Source: Minisyncoccota bacterium (GTDB lineage Bacteria > Patescibacteriota > Minisyncoccia > Phycocordibacterales > CAIJYI01). From it: DNA of 34,089 nucleotides. The stretch is taken from the NCBI GenBank assembly GCA_041666665.1, contig JBAYGK010000001.1:1-34089 (forward strand), given 5' to 3'. The notes under the pieces were generated by a model. That model had not been told where the DNA came from. It ran no database searches and was given only the letters and a program-made list of their open reading frames with translations. The position numbers and the translations under genes are program-made. Below, in pieces: positions 1-8,636 of the stretch; the stretch's first letter is position 1; every line of letters starts with the position of its first letter.

Positions 1-89
1 GATGCAAGAATAACGCTCGCAAGCAAGGTGATAAGAGCGATAACCACCATAAGCTCAATCAAAGTAAAACCTTGTTTTTTGTTATTCAT
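1..89 (-). CDS. Type IV pilin-like protein, N-terminal fragment (C-terminus outside window)
   Basis: The reverse complement of 1-89 reads MNNKKQGFTLIELMVVIALITLLASVILA. This is a short basic leader, a G|FTLIE prepilin cleavage/methylation motif, then a hydrophobic helix. Confidence 0.75.
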   Translation of the reverse strand, partial: MNNKKQGFTLIELMVVIALITLLASVILA

Positions 90-99
90 ATGAGTTTTA

Positions 100-360
100 T
101 TATTTTGCCACAATAGGTGTCCTTGATTGAGAAGGAACCTTGGGACTTGAGCTGATAACAAAAAACGCGGAGAGGACGAACATCAACGCAACTAACGCCC
201 ATAAAAACATGGTCGCTTGTTTTGAACTCTTTATATATCCGCGGGAATGTTCCACTACAAAGAGAACCATTTTGGAAGGCCTTCCGGCATAATTTACGAT
301 TTTCTCCTCGTCAAAACCGACGCCGGAAACGATATTTTGCTGATTTTGTTCTTCGTTCAT
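100..360 (-). CDS. Hypothetical small membrane protein (86 aa)
   Basis: ATG-initiated ORF with one clear hydrophobic helix (MFLWALVALMFVLSAFFVI). It ends 10 nt upstream of the pilin start. I recognise no family. Confidence 0.5.
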   Translation of the reverse strand: MNEEQNQQNIVSGVGFDEEKIVNYAGRPSKMVLFVVEHSRGYIKSSKQATMFLWALVALMFVLSAFFVISSSPKVPSQSRTPIVAK

Positions 361-482
361 AAAAAATAGTAAAAATTTTTAAATAAAATGACCTTTTATT
401 TTTGGGAAGATTCCCCCAAGCTCTTTTTATTATCGCTTTATAAAAGATAAAGCGCAAGTGGAAAAAACAACCGGAAAAAAAC

Positions 483-511
483 TTGCAATTTATAATAAAA
501 TGTGTTATACT
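483..511 (+). promoter_or_regulatory. Sigma70-like promoter: TTGCAA, 17 nt spacer, TATACT with TG extension
   Basis: TTGCAA at 483-488 and TATACT at 506-511, preceded by TGT, with exactly 17 nt between them. It lies about 36 nt upstream of the small ORF at 548. Confidence 0.5.
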
Positions 512-547
512 GTAACCGGATTTGATTTACATTAAAAGGAATATACC

Positions 548-685
548 ATGAAAAACAGATACGATTGGCCGATAAGCGACCGCAAGCCGGGATCTCGCGG
601 AAATGAATTCTACGAAGAATCTTTCGCGATAGCGATGGATAAACGCCAAAAAGCACGCGAAGAAAGCAAACGGAAACCCGCATAG
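548..685 (+). CDS. Small basic hypothetical protein (45 aa)
   Basis: ATG at 548 preceded by AAAGGA. It translates MKNRYDWPISDRKPGSRGNEFYEESFAIAMDKRQKAREESKRKPA, stops at TAG 683-685, and is framed by a near-consensus promoter and an intrinsic terminator. It is below the 60-aa cutoff of the ORF track. The opposite-strand ORF 438-683 looks spurious. Confidence 0.45.
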   Translation: MKNRYDWPISDRKPGSRGNEFYEESFAIAMDKRQKAREESKRKPA

Positions 686-694
686 GAAAAAGAG

Positions 695-723
695 AAAGTC
701 CGCCAATTCAGGCGGACTTTTTT
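695..723 (+). terminator. Rho-independent terminator
   Basis: AAAGTCCGCC-AATTCA-GGCGGACTTT followed by a T-run (718-723). Confidence 0.8.
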
Positions 724-812
724 AAAAGTTTAATAAACAAGACCTTATCTCAACACATGAGACGGGATTTTTGGATGACCCTCCTTCGCTAAAGCTACGG
801 AAGGGCAAGGAT

Positions 813-888
813 TCGTTTTTATTTTCAAAAAAATTAGCGGGGCTGTACAAAAGTACTGTCCCGCTAATTTTTTTGAAAATAAAAACGA
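813..888. terminator. Long AT-rich palindrome with GC core; probable bidirectional terminator between convergent units
   Basis: TCGTTTTTATTTTCAAAAAAATTAGCGGG (813-841) pairs with CCCGCTAATTTTTTTGAAAATAAAAACGA (860-888). The GC core is flanked by T-runs on both strands. It lies 25 nt downstream of the hydrogenase large-subunit stop. Confidence 0.55.
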
Positions 889-913
889 AGATCGCCAAAA
901 AGACGGCTCTACT

Positions 914-2206
914 CTATATCCAGTTAACCTTCAAAAAATGCGCTCCGCAGGACATGCACGGGTCATAGGCGCGGATCAGTTTTTCAATTTCCATGGGGAT
1001 TTTGTCTTCCGTCATTCCTTCCGCGAGCAATTTTTCAACCAATCTTCCGATATCTTCCTCAATATTCACTTGATTCTGTCCCGTTGGAACAATCACCTCC
1101 CCTTCCTTGATAAGCCCGTCCGCACCGAGAACGATTTTGTGATAGAGTGTTCCTCTCGGGGCCTCAACGACGCCGACGCCGACCGCATCACGGAACGGTT
1201 TTTTCACAATCGGCTCCGGAACGAAGGTGTTGTTTTTGAGCAAATCAATCGCCTCGTCAATGGAGTGTAAAATTTCTATCGCTTGGGCGAGGTTGTTGTG
1301 AAATACGTCGGTTGACGGGAAGAGAGCCAGCGCTTCTTTCGCTGATTCTTTGGTTTTCGGGTGAAGGTTGTCTTTCGCGATGTTTAAACGCGCAAGAGAG
1401 CCGACCAGATAGCTTTCTCCTTGGTATTTATAGGCGCTTGCCGTGGAATACGGCATGACCGTGTGCTCCAAATGCGCGCGATATTCCGACTCGGGATACA
1501 CTTCTCCGCGGCTCGTATGTATTTTCCCGTTGATATATCCGAATCCTTCGTCGGCGATAAGCGCCATGTAGCTCGTTTTCCTGTCAAAATGATCCGGCGC
1601 GTCCTGAAATACTTTTATCAAACGAAGCGCCGCCGGGCGGATGGCTTCCAGTTTTTGCACCGCCTCGTCTACTCCCTCTTTGGAAGGAAAGTGCAAAAAA
1701 CCGCCGATGACCGGATACATGGCGTGCACGGAACGCCCCGCGATAAGCGTCGCGAGATAATTTCCCGCCGCTTTTATATCAAATCCATCGTGGAGCATCT
1801 GATGCTGTACCTCGTCGTTCTCGTCAAAATCCAAAAATGCGTCTTTTCCGAAAAGGTCCGGCATGCAAAAGAGATACAAATGAAGAGCGTGGTCTCGGAC
1901 GATAAGCCCGTGCATCGTGAGGGCGCGCAAAATTTCGGTCTGCTTCGTCGGCTGTATGTCCAAAGCGTTTTCGCACGCTTCAATCGCCGCCATGATATGA
2001 GCGTTGGAACATGTTCCGCAAATGCGCGAGAGATGCGAAGGTATCGCCATTATCGGCTTCCCTTTCATCGCTTCGGTAAAGAAACGCTTGTATTCGGTGA
2101 TTCCGAAATGTACTTCGGTTACTTTTCCGTCCTCGGCATGAATGGAAAGCTTGGCATCACCCTCTATTTTGGTGATATGATCCATTGATAGGTCTACTTT
2201 GTGCAT
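914..2206 (-). CDS. [NiFe]-hydrogenase large (catalytic) subunit, group-3-like
   Basis: The N-terminal Ni-binding motif is RICGTCSNAH (RxCGxCxxxH). The C-terminal motif is DPCMSCGAH (DPCxxCxxH), followed by only 7 residues. At 430 aa it matches the size of cytoplasmic group 3 alpha subunits. Confidence 0.9.
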   Translation of the reverse strand: MHKVDLSMDHITKIEGDAKLSIHAEDGKVTEVHFGITEYKRFFTEAMKGKPIMAIPSHLSRICGTCSNAHIMAAIEACENALDIQPTKQTEILRALTMHGLIVRDHALHLYLFCMPDLFGKDAFLDFDENDEVQHQMLHDGFDIKAAGNYLATLIAGRSVHAMYPVIGGFLHFPSKEGVDEAVQKLEAIRPAALRLIKVFQDAPDHFDRKTSYMALIADEGFGYINGKIHTSRGEVYPESEYRAHLEHTVMPYSTASAYKYQGESYLVGSLARLNIAKDNLHPKTKESAKEALALFPSTDVFHNNLAQAIEILHSIDEAIDLLKNNTFVPEPIVKKPFRDAVGVGVVEAPRGTLYHKIVLGADGLIKEGEVIVPTGQNQVNIEEDIGRLVEKLLAEGMTEDKIPMEIEKLIRAYDPCMSCGAHFLKVNWI

Positions 2207-2225
2207 AATTTTCGGGTATTATTTG

Positions 2226-4253
2226 TTAATTTGTTAATGTTTTGGTTGCTTCCGCGGCAATTTTTATTTTCCACTTCTCCTGCGTCTCGTCCGCCCTGGA
2301 TAAAAAGTTTCTGTATGCGGAATCGGCTTCGGCTATTCTTCCCTCTTTTTCCAATTGTTGCGCCAAATAAAAATAAGCTTCGGCGAGACGATCGTTTAAA
2401 GAAATGGCTTTCCGAAATTCATTCTCCGCCTCGGTTCCGTCGTTTTCCGATAGCTGAAGAACGCGACCGAGCCCGATATGCGCGCGCAGGTCGTTCGGAT
2501 ACAAAGAGATTTCTTTTTCAAAAGTTTTTCTTGCTCCGGAAATATCGCCGAGATTAAAAAGCGCTTCTCCTATCCCGTCATAAGCCAGAGAATACTCCGG
2601 ATCAAAGGCAATTACTTTTTTATACTCGGCAATCGCCTCCTCGTTGCGGTTAAGTTTAAGGAGGGCATATCCCAAATTATTATATATATTGGGATGTTTA
2701 GGCGACAAAATCATCGCTTGCTTGCAAGTTTCAATGGCTTCTTCATATCTTTCGTTTTTTATAAAAAAACCCGATGTATTGCCCAGCAACTGCAATTGAC
2801 CTCCTTCTTTCGGGGAAAAAAGAGTGATGTAATTTTCTTTCCTCTCAACATCAAAGGGCATTTTTTCCTGAAACATATCCCTGTCAATATCAAACGTTAT
2901 CCCGTCTTGAGATGGCTTTTTTGAAAAAGCGATAATATCGGAAACGCGGCGCCGATTTTCGTTTTTTGCCGGTTTCGCTAACGCATCGTCCGTCAATTCC
3001 TCGTTCATCTCCGGATAGAGCATATCAAACCAGATGATTTTATCATCGGAAGTAAGCAAGAAAAGAAAGGAGTGCTCCGGTACGGAACCGACCAAATAGG
3101 TAAGACCGACTTCCGAAAAAAGAGACCCTCCGAGAATGGAAGCGCCGACGCAATTGATGTATTTTTTCGTGATTATATCCTCGGGATTGTTCATGCCCTG
3201 ATGAAAAGAAAAAGAGCTGGTTGCCTGTTGTATTTTCGCGGCAATTTCTCTTTCTTTTTCTGCGATTTCCGCCAAATCTCCCTTTTTTCTGATTTCTTCC
3301 AAGTCTTTTTTAAGGTCGGGAAGGCGAAGCGCTTCTACCAATTTCTTCTGCTCTCCGAAAATTGAGGAGGCAATTTCTTTTCCAAATAACTTTTCCGCGT
3401 AATATTCAAACGATGAAACAAGCTCGCGGCTTAACGGACGTTCCAAATTCTTTAAAAGTCCTTCCGTTCCCCGGCGAAATATCGCGCCGCCGAACTCCCA
3501 TTTGGGCTTTTCCGCTTCTCCGCGTATAGACTGCTTAACTTTCCGCAAAAAGGCGGAGTGAATGGGGGTGGTATCTTTCCACGGTTCTTGTTTTCTCAAC
3601 TGCTTCAAATCGGTGTTTTCCAAAATAAACGCTTTCTCGGTTACGCGGAAAAATTGCGCGAGCGTTTCCATTCTTCTTTTTTCTCTTTCTTCTTTGTTTT
3701 CTATTGTTTGCAAACGGGAATCGGCGATATTTTCACCAAGAAGCCAGCGATCTATTTCCTTATTTTCTTCTTCCGAAAGCTCTGTTTCTTGGCTTTCTTT
3801 TTTTCCATGCGCCAGCAATTTTTCATACGCAAAAAATTCGTCCGCCATCGCATGCGCGATTTCTTTTCCTTCACCAATACCGTGAATTCGTTCGGAAATG
3901 TATTTCGCGGTATTCGCAATCATTTTTCCAAGCGCCTCCATTTCTTCCTTTTTTTCTTTCGCTTTTTCCGGTTTTTCCGTAAAAGTGTCCCGATCAATTT
4001 CTTCCATGATGCCGACCATTTCCCATAAATGCAGATTATCGGGGAGAGAAAGAACCGCCTCTTCGCCGATTTTTTCATAAAAAGAACCTTTTTCTTTCTT
4101 CTCCTCCCATTTCTCGCGATCAAGAAATTGTATTTTCATTCCATCATTTATTTCCGCCCATTTCCGAAGAAAAGCCTGCGCTGAAACCGAATCAAACGGA
4201 GTTTGATGTATCGTTTCTTTAATATTAAATGTTTCTTTTTCTGTTTTATCCAT
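2226..4253 (-). CDS. Large charged protein with a putative transglutaminase-fold (SirB1-like) core and C-terminal TPR repeats
   Basis: Long ORF. The track start at 4262 is a TTG; the first ATG is at 4253 (MDKTEKE), 8 nt after a CATAAT box. The segment YINCVGASILGGSLFSEVGLTYLVGSVPEHSFLFLLTSDDKIIWFD has a Cys...His...Asp spacing like transglutaminase-like cores. The C-terminal ~170 aa are clear TPRs (NLGYALLKLNRNEEAIAEYKKVIAFDPEY and following). The N-terminal ~370 aa are Glu/Lys-rich and unassigned. Confidence 0.8.
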   Translation of the reverse strand: MDKTEKETFNIKETIHQTPFDSVSAQAFLRKWAEINDGMKIQFLDREKWEEKKEKGSFYEKIGEEAVLSLPDNLHLWEMVGIMEEIDRDTFTEKPEKAKEKKEEMEALGKMIANTAKYISERIHGIGEGKEIAHAMADEFFAYEKLLAHGKKESQETELSEEENKEIDRWLLGENIADSRLQTIENKEEREKRRMETLAQFFRVTEKAFILENTDLKQLRKQEPWKDTTPIHSAFLRKVKQSIRGEAEKPKWEFGGAIFRRGTEGLLKNLERPLSRELVSSFEYYAEKLFGKEIASSIFGEQKKLVEALRLPDLKKDLEEIRKKGDLAEIAEKEREIAAKIQQATSSFSFHQGMNNPEDIITKKYINCVGASILGGSLFSEVGLTYLVGSVPEHSFLFLLTSDDKIIWFDMLYPEMNEELTDDALAKPAKNENRRRVSDIIAFSKKPSQDGITFDIDRDMFQEKMPFDVERKENYITLFSPKEGGQLQLLGNTSGFFIKNERYEEAIETCKQAMILSPKHPNIYNNLGYALLKLNRNEEAIAEYKKVIAFDPEYSLAYDGIGEALFNLGDISGARKTFEKEISLYPNDLRAHIGLGRVLQLSENDGTEAENEFRKAISLNDRLAEAYFYLAQQLEKEGRIAEADSAYRNFLSRADETQEKWKIKIAAEATKTLTN

Positions 4254-4387
4254 AAAATTCAATTATGCATTCGGCCGAAGTTCTTTTATAAGCTTGGTGT
4301 CGTCATCTTATCTTGATGACATAATCCATTAATAAGTCCGCTTTGCGCATAAAATATCAGATAATTAACGGTTAACCGGTTACATTG

Positions 4388-5239
4388 TTATTTTTTGAGC
4401 CTCTTAACGAAACTGTCCGACAAAAAATTTTCGGCAGTCACAACCGATTTTCCGGTTTTGGCTTCCAATGATTTTCTGGCGATTTTTGCGATTTTCCCGC
4501 CCGCTTTTGCGGGAATTTTGTTTTGTTCCAATCCTTGCGTTTGCATGGTTTCGGCGATTTGTCTCACGGAAAGTTCGGCAAGCGCGGTAAAGATGAGTTC
4601 CGCCTCGCTCATGTGGTCGCGAAGATTTTGCGTTTTCAGTCCCTTTATTTCTTTGTGTGTTTTTACCGAAACACCGCTCCATTCTTCATGAATTATGTTG
4701 GTGAGAATGGCGAATTCCTCTCCCTTTTTCACTTCGTGCTCGCTCCAATAATCCGTCAATTTGTTTCTCGTTTCCTGCCCCGTCATTCTCTGTTCAATCC
4801 ATTTCTTGCTCCTGCCACGTTTCAGCCAATTTTCTCTCGCGCGATTAAGCGACAAAGCGGGATCAGCTATTTCCTGCATGCGTTCATACCCCGTTTTTGC
4901 CAGCCACATTTTTATCGGCTCGGCTTTTTTGCTCGGAACGGACTGAATGATGCGCAAAAGCGTTTCGGGGTCGGCAACGTCGGTTTCGCGCATCTTTCCG
5001 TCTTGGGCAACCATTTTCAACCGGTCACATTTTGTGACCACTTGACTTCCTTCATTTTTTAAGCGATTTTTAAGAGTCGTCCAATATGTTTTTGCCAATT
5101 GATAATCATTTTGTTCCGTAAGTACCGCAACGATATCAATCACCGAAAAATACCATGTTTCGGTCGCCTCGTCGTAATGACGACGGATTTTATTTCCTTC
5201 AAAATTCGCGATATTCATTAGTTCTTTTTTCTTTTCCAT
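4388..5239 (-). CDS. Bro-N / DinD-like (phage antirepressor-type) protein
   Basis: The N-terminus FEGNKIRRHYDEATETWYFSVIDIVAVLT fits the Bro-N pattern (F..x.iR....e.WF...D....L). The middle (PSKKAEPIKMWLAKTGYERMQEI) and the C-terminus (RDHMSEAELIFTALAE...AGGKIAKIARKSLE) resemble the BRO/DinD family as I recall it. It starts 18 nt after the small-subunit stop. Confidence 0.75.
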   Translation of the reverse strand: MEKKKELMNIANFEGNKIRRHYDEATETWYFSVIDIVAVLTEQNDYQLAKTYWTTLKNRLKNEGSQVVTKCDRLKMVAQDGKMRETDVADPETLLRIIQSVPSKKAEPIKMWLAKTGYERMQEIADPALSLNRARENWLKRGRSKKWIEQRMTGQETRNKLTDYWSEHEVKKGEEFAILTNIIHEEWSGVSVKTHKEIKGLKTQNLRDHMSEAELIFTALAELSVRQIAETMQTQGLEQNKIPAKAGGKIAKIARKSLEAKTGKSVVTAENFLSDSFVKRLKK

Positions 5240-5257
5240 TTTTGTAAAACTTTATCT

Positions 5258-5749
5258 TTATTGATTTGTCGGTCGCAGTTCCTTCACCAACCCGTCCACC
5301 GCTTTCAAAAAGGCATCCGGATTCATTGGACAGCCGGGCAATTCCGCGTCAACTTTTACCACATCGGAAACTTTGAGCACTTTCGGAAGAGCGCCGAAAC
5401 GATCTATGAGAAATTGGATTTCCGCCATTTGCGCTTCGGTAAACGTATTTCTCTGCCCCGCGGGAAGTCCGACGCACGCGCACGCTCCGACGGCCACCAG
5501 CTTTTTCGCCTTGCTCCGAATTTCTTTGACCTTTTCTTCCTGATCCGGACCGGCGATAGCGCCCTCAATGAACGCAATATCAAATTCGTCCATGATATTA
5601 TGGGATTTCAACACCCGCGCATGCCGGAAATCAAACAACTTTTTCCAATCCTGCCAATGCTCGTTCATAATCTCCGTCATTACGATGGTGCTGTCTTCGC
5701 AACAAGAGAACGAAAACCACCCGATTTTTATTTTTTCTTGATTTTCCAT
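5258..5749 (-). CDS. [NiFe]-hydrogenase small subunit, minimal form (proximal-cluster domain only)
   Basis: IKIGWFSFSCCEDS, DIAFIEGA, VKEIRSKAKKLVAVGACACVG and KVDAELPGCP align by eye with the N-terminal half of group 3 delta/small subunits. At 163 aa it has no C-terminal ferredoxin-like extension. Confidence 0.8.
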   Translation of the reverse strand: MENQEKIKIGWFSFSCCEDSTIVMTEIMNEHWQDWKKLFDFRHARVLKSHNIMDEFDIAFIEGAIAGPDQEEKVKEIRSKAKKLVAVGACACVGLPAGQRNTFTEAQMAEIQFLIDRFGALPKVLKVSDVVKVDAELPGCPMNPDAFLKAVDGLVKELRPTNQ

Positions 5750-5996
5750 GGTTTTTTAAATGAAAAAATATAAAAACAGAAAGATAGAAAGATAAAAAAA
5801 TATCGCCGTAAGAATTTTTTTTATTATCCCATTATGCTATTTTTTATTTTTATTTATGGTTTATTAACATTGCCATTATATCAAAAAAAAACCTTTTGGC
5901 ACAATGTAAGAGATGCCAATGTGCAAATGCGTACAAATATACGTCTGTCTCCGCCTGTTGGCGGATGGTGGAGGCAACGAATACGACGACAAAAAC

Positions 5997-6030
5997 AAAA
6001 CCCTCTCCGTTATCCGTCGGAGAGGGTTTT
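5997..6030 (-). terminator. Intrinsic terminator after the permease (bidirectional shape)
   Basis: CCCTCTCCG-TTATCCGT-CGGAGAGGG (6001-6026), with TTTT on the plus strand and TTTTGTTTTTG on the minus strand. It lies 27 nt downstream of the permease stop. Confidence 0.7.
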
Positions 6031-6056
6031 AAATACACATAATTTGCCTGCAAATC

Positions 6057-8381
6057 CTACTTAAAGAATTTTATGATTTTATCAAATGCCACTTCAACTC
6101 TTCCTTGGTGCCCGCGAACGATCATTACGGAGGCGTCCACGTGTTTTGCAAGAAGTTCGGGAATGTTTCCCATGCGAATCTGGTCCAGTATGTGCGGGGC
6201 CGAAGCGTTAATAATCACCAGTTTTCCTTCTTTTTGGAAATTCGCTTCCTTGACAATCGCCATAACGACGGATTTCGCACGGAGAATTTTTATTTCCTCA
6301 AAATCGGATTCTTTGCATTCAACGGCATCCAATAATTTTTTCGTCGTATTGATTCCCGGACCTGCGTGTTCCATCGGAATAACCGAAAGAAGTTTCATTT
6401 TCGGCCGAAAATGCACTTTTAAAGCGGAAAGAACCTCCGCCGTCAAAGGAAGATATGGGTTGTCGCCGTGATATTCTTCCGCGAGAAGGATGGAACGCAC
6501 CGGCTGAGGATTTTTAACCAAAAGAAGGTCAATTTTCGTTTCCCGAAGAATCCTGTCAATTTTACTTCCAAACACGACTCCTTTTGTTTTTGTAAAACCG
6601 TCCCAAGACACCAAAAGTTTGTCGCAGTCTTCCATTTTTATCACCTCAAGCAAACTGTCAACCGTATCGCGCCCGACCATGGACAGACTGTGGAGATTAA
6701 TATCTTTTTCATTGACCATCTTCCGGTTGAATTCTTGCACCCACTGTTTCAGCAATTCAAAAATATGCTGGTCATGTATCATTGTCGCTCCGTCAAGAAG
6801 CGTCAGCACTTGCGGAACGGTATGCACTTTTACCGCCAAAATTTCTCCGCCGTATCTGCTGGCGAGAGCAAAACCGATCTCGGAAAGATTCTTTAATTCT
6901 TCGGCGGTTATTTGCGGAGGAATCGGCATTAAAATGCGATTTTCGGTTTTTGGAACAACGCGCATCGTTTGTTCATAGACGACATCTTCCTCAAAACTTT
7001 CGCGCCCCTGGTCTTGCGCATAACTGAAATAATTCACCATACCGATGAGAGACCAGAAAATGGTGACGATCCACGCGACGGGATTCACGTTGAGCATGGT
7101 AAGCGCCAAGAGAAAATAAAGGAACGTCGCCAAGATGGGAATCAACGGAAACATCGGTATTTTGTAATTCCACTTTGTTTTCGGGTATTTGTAGTGGATC
7201 ACGATTCCCGCGATATTGAGTTGCAGAAACAGCAAAACAAAAAGAAGAGAAGCGGCAGACGCAACATCAAACAAAGGAAGCGTTAAAACCATAATGGAAA
7301 TCAAAATCACGGAAACGACAACGGCAAAGTGAGGCGTGAAATTTTTCGTGTGAATTTGGGAAAGACGCCTCCAGAAATTTTTGTCGCGCGCGAGAGCAAA
7401 AACGACATGACTGGACGAAAAAATGGTGGTGTTCAATGCGGCAAGGTTTGCAAACAACCCGCCTACCGCAAGGACAACGGCCCCAAAAGGCATGAATAAT
7501 CTTGCGGATTCCACAATCGCTCCTTCTTTAAAACCGCCAAGCATTTTCCATACGGGTATGCCCGAAGAAGTCGTCGCTCCAATGATAATAATGCTGAGAA
7601 TAATATAAATGGAAGAGACAACCGCCCATGAGGTAAAAAGGCCGATCTTTATGTCGTGTGCCGGGTTTTTCGTTTCCTCTCCCGCTTGAACCTGAATTTC
7701 AGAACCTTCAAAGGCAATATAATAAAAACATGTTGCCGCAAAAACGCCGACAATTCCATTTGGCAGGAAGGGGTGGAAATTCACGAACGGATTCGTCATA
7801 CCGGTCATTTGCTTGAGTCCGAAATAGACATAACCGGCCAAAATGGCCAAAAGGATAACCGTGATATAATTTCCGGTGCTTCCCGTGGTTTTTGTCCCGC
7901 GCCAATTGATATATCCGAATATTATAATCATAATGAGCGCGGCCATTTTTTCGCCGGAAAAGAATCCCGATGTCGCAAAAAAATTGATGTGATACATCTC
8001 CAAAAGCCATATGGCGTAGTATCCAAAAGAAAGAGCGTACACCCCGCAGGCGGCCGCATGGGCAAACCAAGAAAGCCAGCCGGCGAAAAAACCTTGAAAA
8101 TTCCCCAGTCCTTTCCGCACCCAAAGATACCCGCCCCCCGCTTCGGGGAAAGTGGTGCCGAGAGCGACATACATTTGCAAGTTGAGAAACGCTATAAACG
8201 CCCCAAGAATCATTGAAAGAAAAAGTCCCGGACCCACAAGGTTGATTGTCGGACCCAACAAAGAAAAAATTCCTCCGCCAAGGAGCGAACCGATGCCTAT
8301 GAAAATGATGGATGTCGGACCAAGGGTACGGGCCATTTTGACCTCATACACCTTGCCTTCCCCTTGATGATTTGTTGTCAT
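6057..8381 (-). CDS. APC-family amino acid permease fused to C-terminal tandem UspA-like domains
   Basis: About 480 aa of polytopic permease (GIGSLLGGGIFSLLGP near the N-terminus) followed by ~300 aa of soluble alpha/beta-type sequence resembling two Usp domains. I prefer the start at ATG 8381 (MTTNHQ) because TGGTATAAT lies 7 nt upstream. Alternatives are 8438 (track) and 8336 (MARTLGP, preceded by GAGG). Confidence 0.85.
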   Translation of the reverse strand: MTTNHQGEGKVYEVKMARTLGPTSIIFIGIGSLLGGGIFSLLGPTINLVGPGLFLSMILGAFIAFLNLQMYVALGTTFPEAGGGYLWVRKGLGNFQGFFAGWLSWFAHAAACGVYALSFGYYAIWLLEMYHINFFATSGFFSGEKMAALIMIIIFGYINWRGTKTTGSTGNYITVILLAILAGYVYFGLKQMTGMTNPFVNFHPFLPNGIVGVFAATCFYYIAFEGSEIQVQAGEETKNPAHDIKIGLFTSWAVVSSIYIILSIIIIGATTSSGIPVWKMLGGFKEGAIVESARLFMPFGAVVLAVGGLFANLAALNTTIFSSSHVVFALARDKNFWRRLSQIHTKNFTPHFAVVVSVILISIMVLTLPLFDVASAASLLFVLLFLQLNIAGIVIHYKYPKTKWNYKIPMFPLIPILATFLYFLLALTMLNVNPVAWIVTIFWSLIGMVNYFSYAQDQGRESFEEDVVYEQTMRVVPKTENRILMPIPPQITAEELKNLSEIGFALASRYGGEILAVKVHTVPQVLTLLDGATMIHDQHIFELLKQWVQEFNRKMVNEKDINLHSLSMVGRDTVDSLLEVIKMEDCDKLLVSWDGFTKTKGVVFGSKIDRILRETKIDLLLVKNPQPVRSILLAEEYHGDNPYLPLTAEVLSALKVHFRPKMKLLSVIPMEHAGPGINTTKKLLDAVECKESDFEEIKILRAKSVVMAIVKEANFQKEGKLVIINASAPHILDQIRMGNIPELLAKHVDASVMIVRGHQGRVEVAFDKIIKFFK

Positions 8382-8388
8382 GCAAAAT

Positions 8389-8397
8389 ATTATACCA
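8389..8397 (-). promoter_or_regulatory. Extended -10 box (TGGTATAAT) 7 nt upstream of the permease ATG
   Basis: The minus strand reads TGGTATAAT-ATTTTGC-ATG. Confidence 0.45.
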
Positions 8398-8452
8398 GTA
8401 AATAAAGACAAAAGGAAAGGAGATTTCCCCCTCTCCATAATATAAAAAATCT

Positions 8453-8636
8453 TTAGGCGTCTTCCGTCAATAACTTGATATGGTTCGGTTTCAGATTTTC
8501 GTAAGATTTGATTTTTACGATTGAGTAAATGTTGAGCCGTAGCGAGCTACGGTGAAAGATTTGCGATTGAGTAAAAATCAAAGATTGCGGAAATCTGGAA
8601 GCGAAACGAGCAAGCTATTGACGGAAGACGCCTTAG
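8453..8636. repeat. Long-hairpin repeat family A, copy 1 (~184 nt imperfect palindrome)
   Basis: The outer stem 8455-8477 / 8611-8633 is 23 bp with one mismatch. The inner arms pair almost continuously to an apex CCGTAG-CGAG-CTACGG (8537-8552). The core 8484-8606 is repeated at 9587-9710. On the minus strand the hairpin is followed by AGATTTTTTATATT. Confidence 0.8.

Noticed and set aside
438-683. An 81-aa minus-strand ORF.
   Set aside because: Its composition is poor and Arg/Leu/Phe-rich. It runs antisense across a promoter, SD, ORF and terminator unit that is well formed on the plus strand.
779-809. The shared motif CCCTCCTTCG...CTACGG(A/C)AGGGCAAG, also present at 33363-33403, with possible resemblance to the tRNA-Ser 3' end (TCCCTCCCTCTCCG).
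   Set aside because: Only about 25 nt are shared, with a variable insert, and the pairing is weak in the second copy. The resemblance to the tRNA end is too short to distinguish from chance without a genome-wide count.
1421-2188. A 255-aa plus-strand ORF, plus other long antisense ORFs at 5261-5773, 10183-10890, 15781-16545 and 21535-22128.
   Set aside because: Each lies entirely antisense to a CDS with strong family motifs (hydrogenase subunits, gatA, pilD, the TMTC-like gene). Their translations are low-complexity and Arg/Lys/Phe-rich with no recognisable domains. They are typical shadow ORFs.
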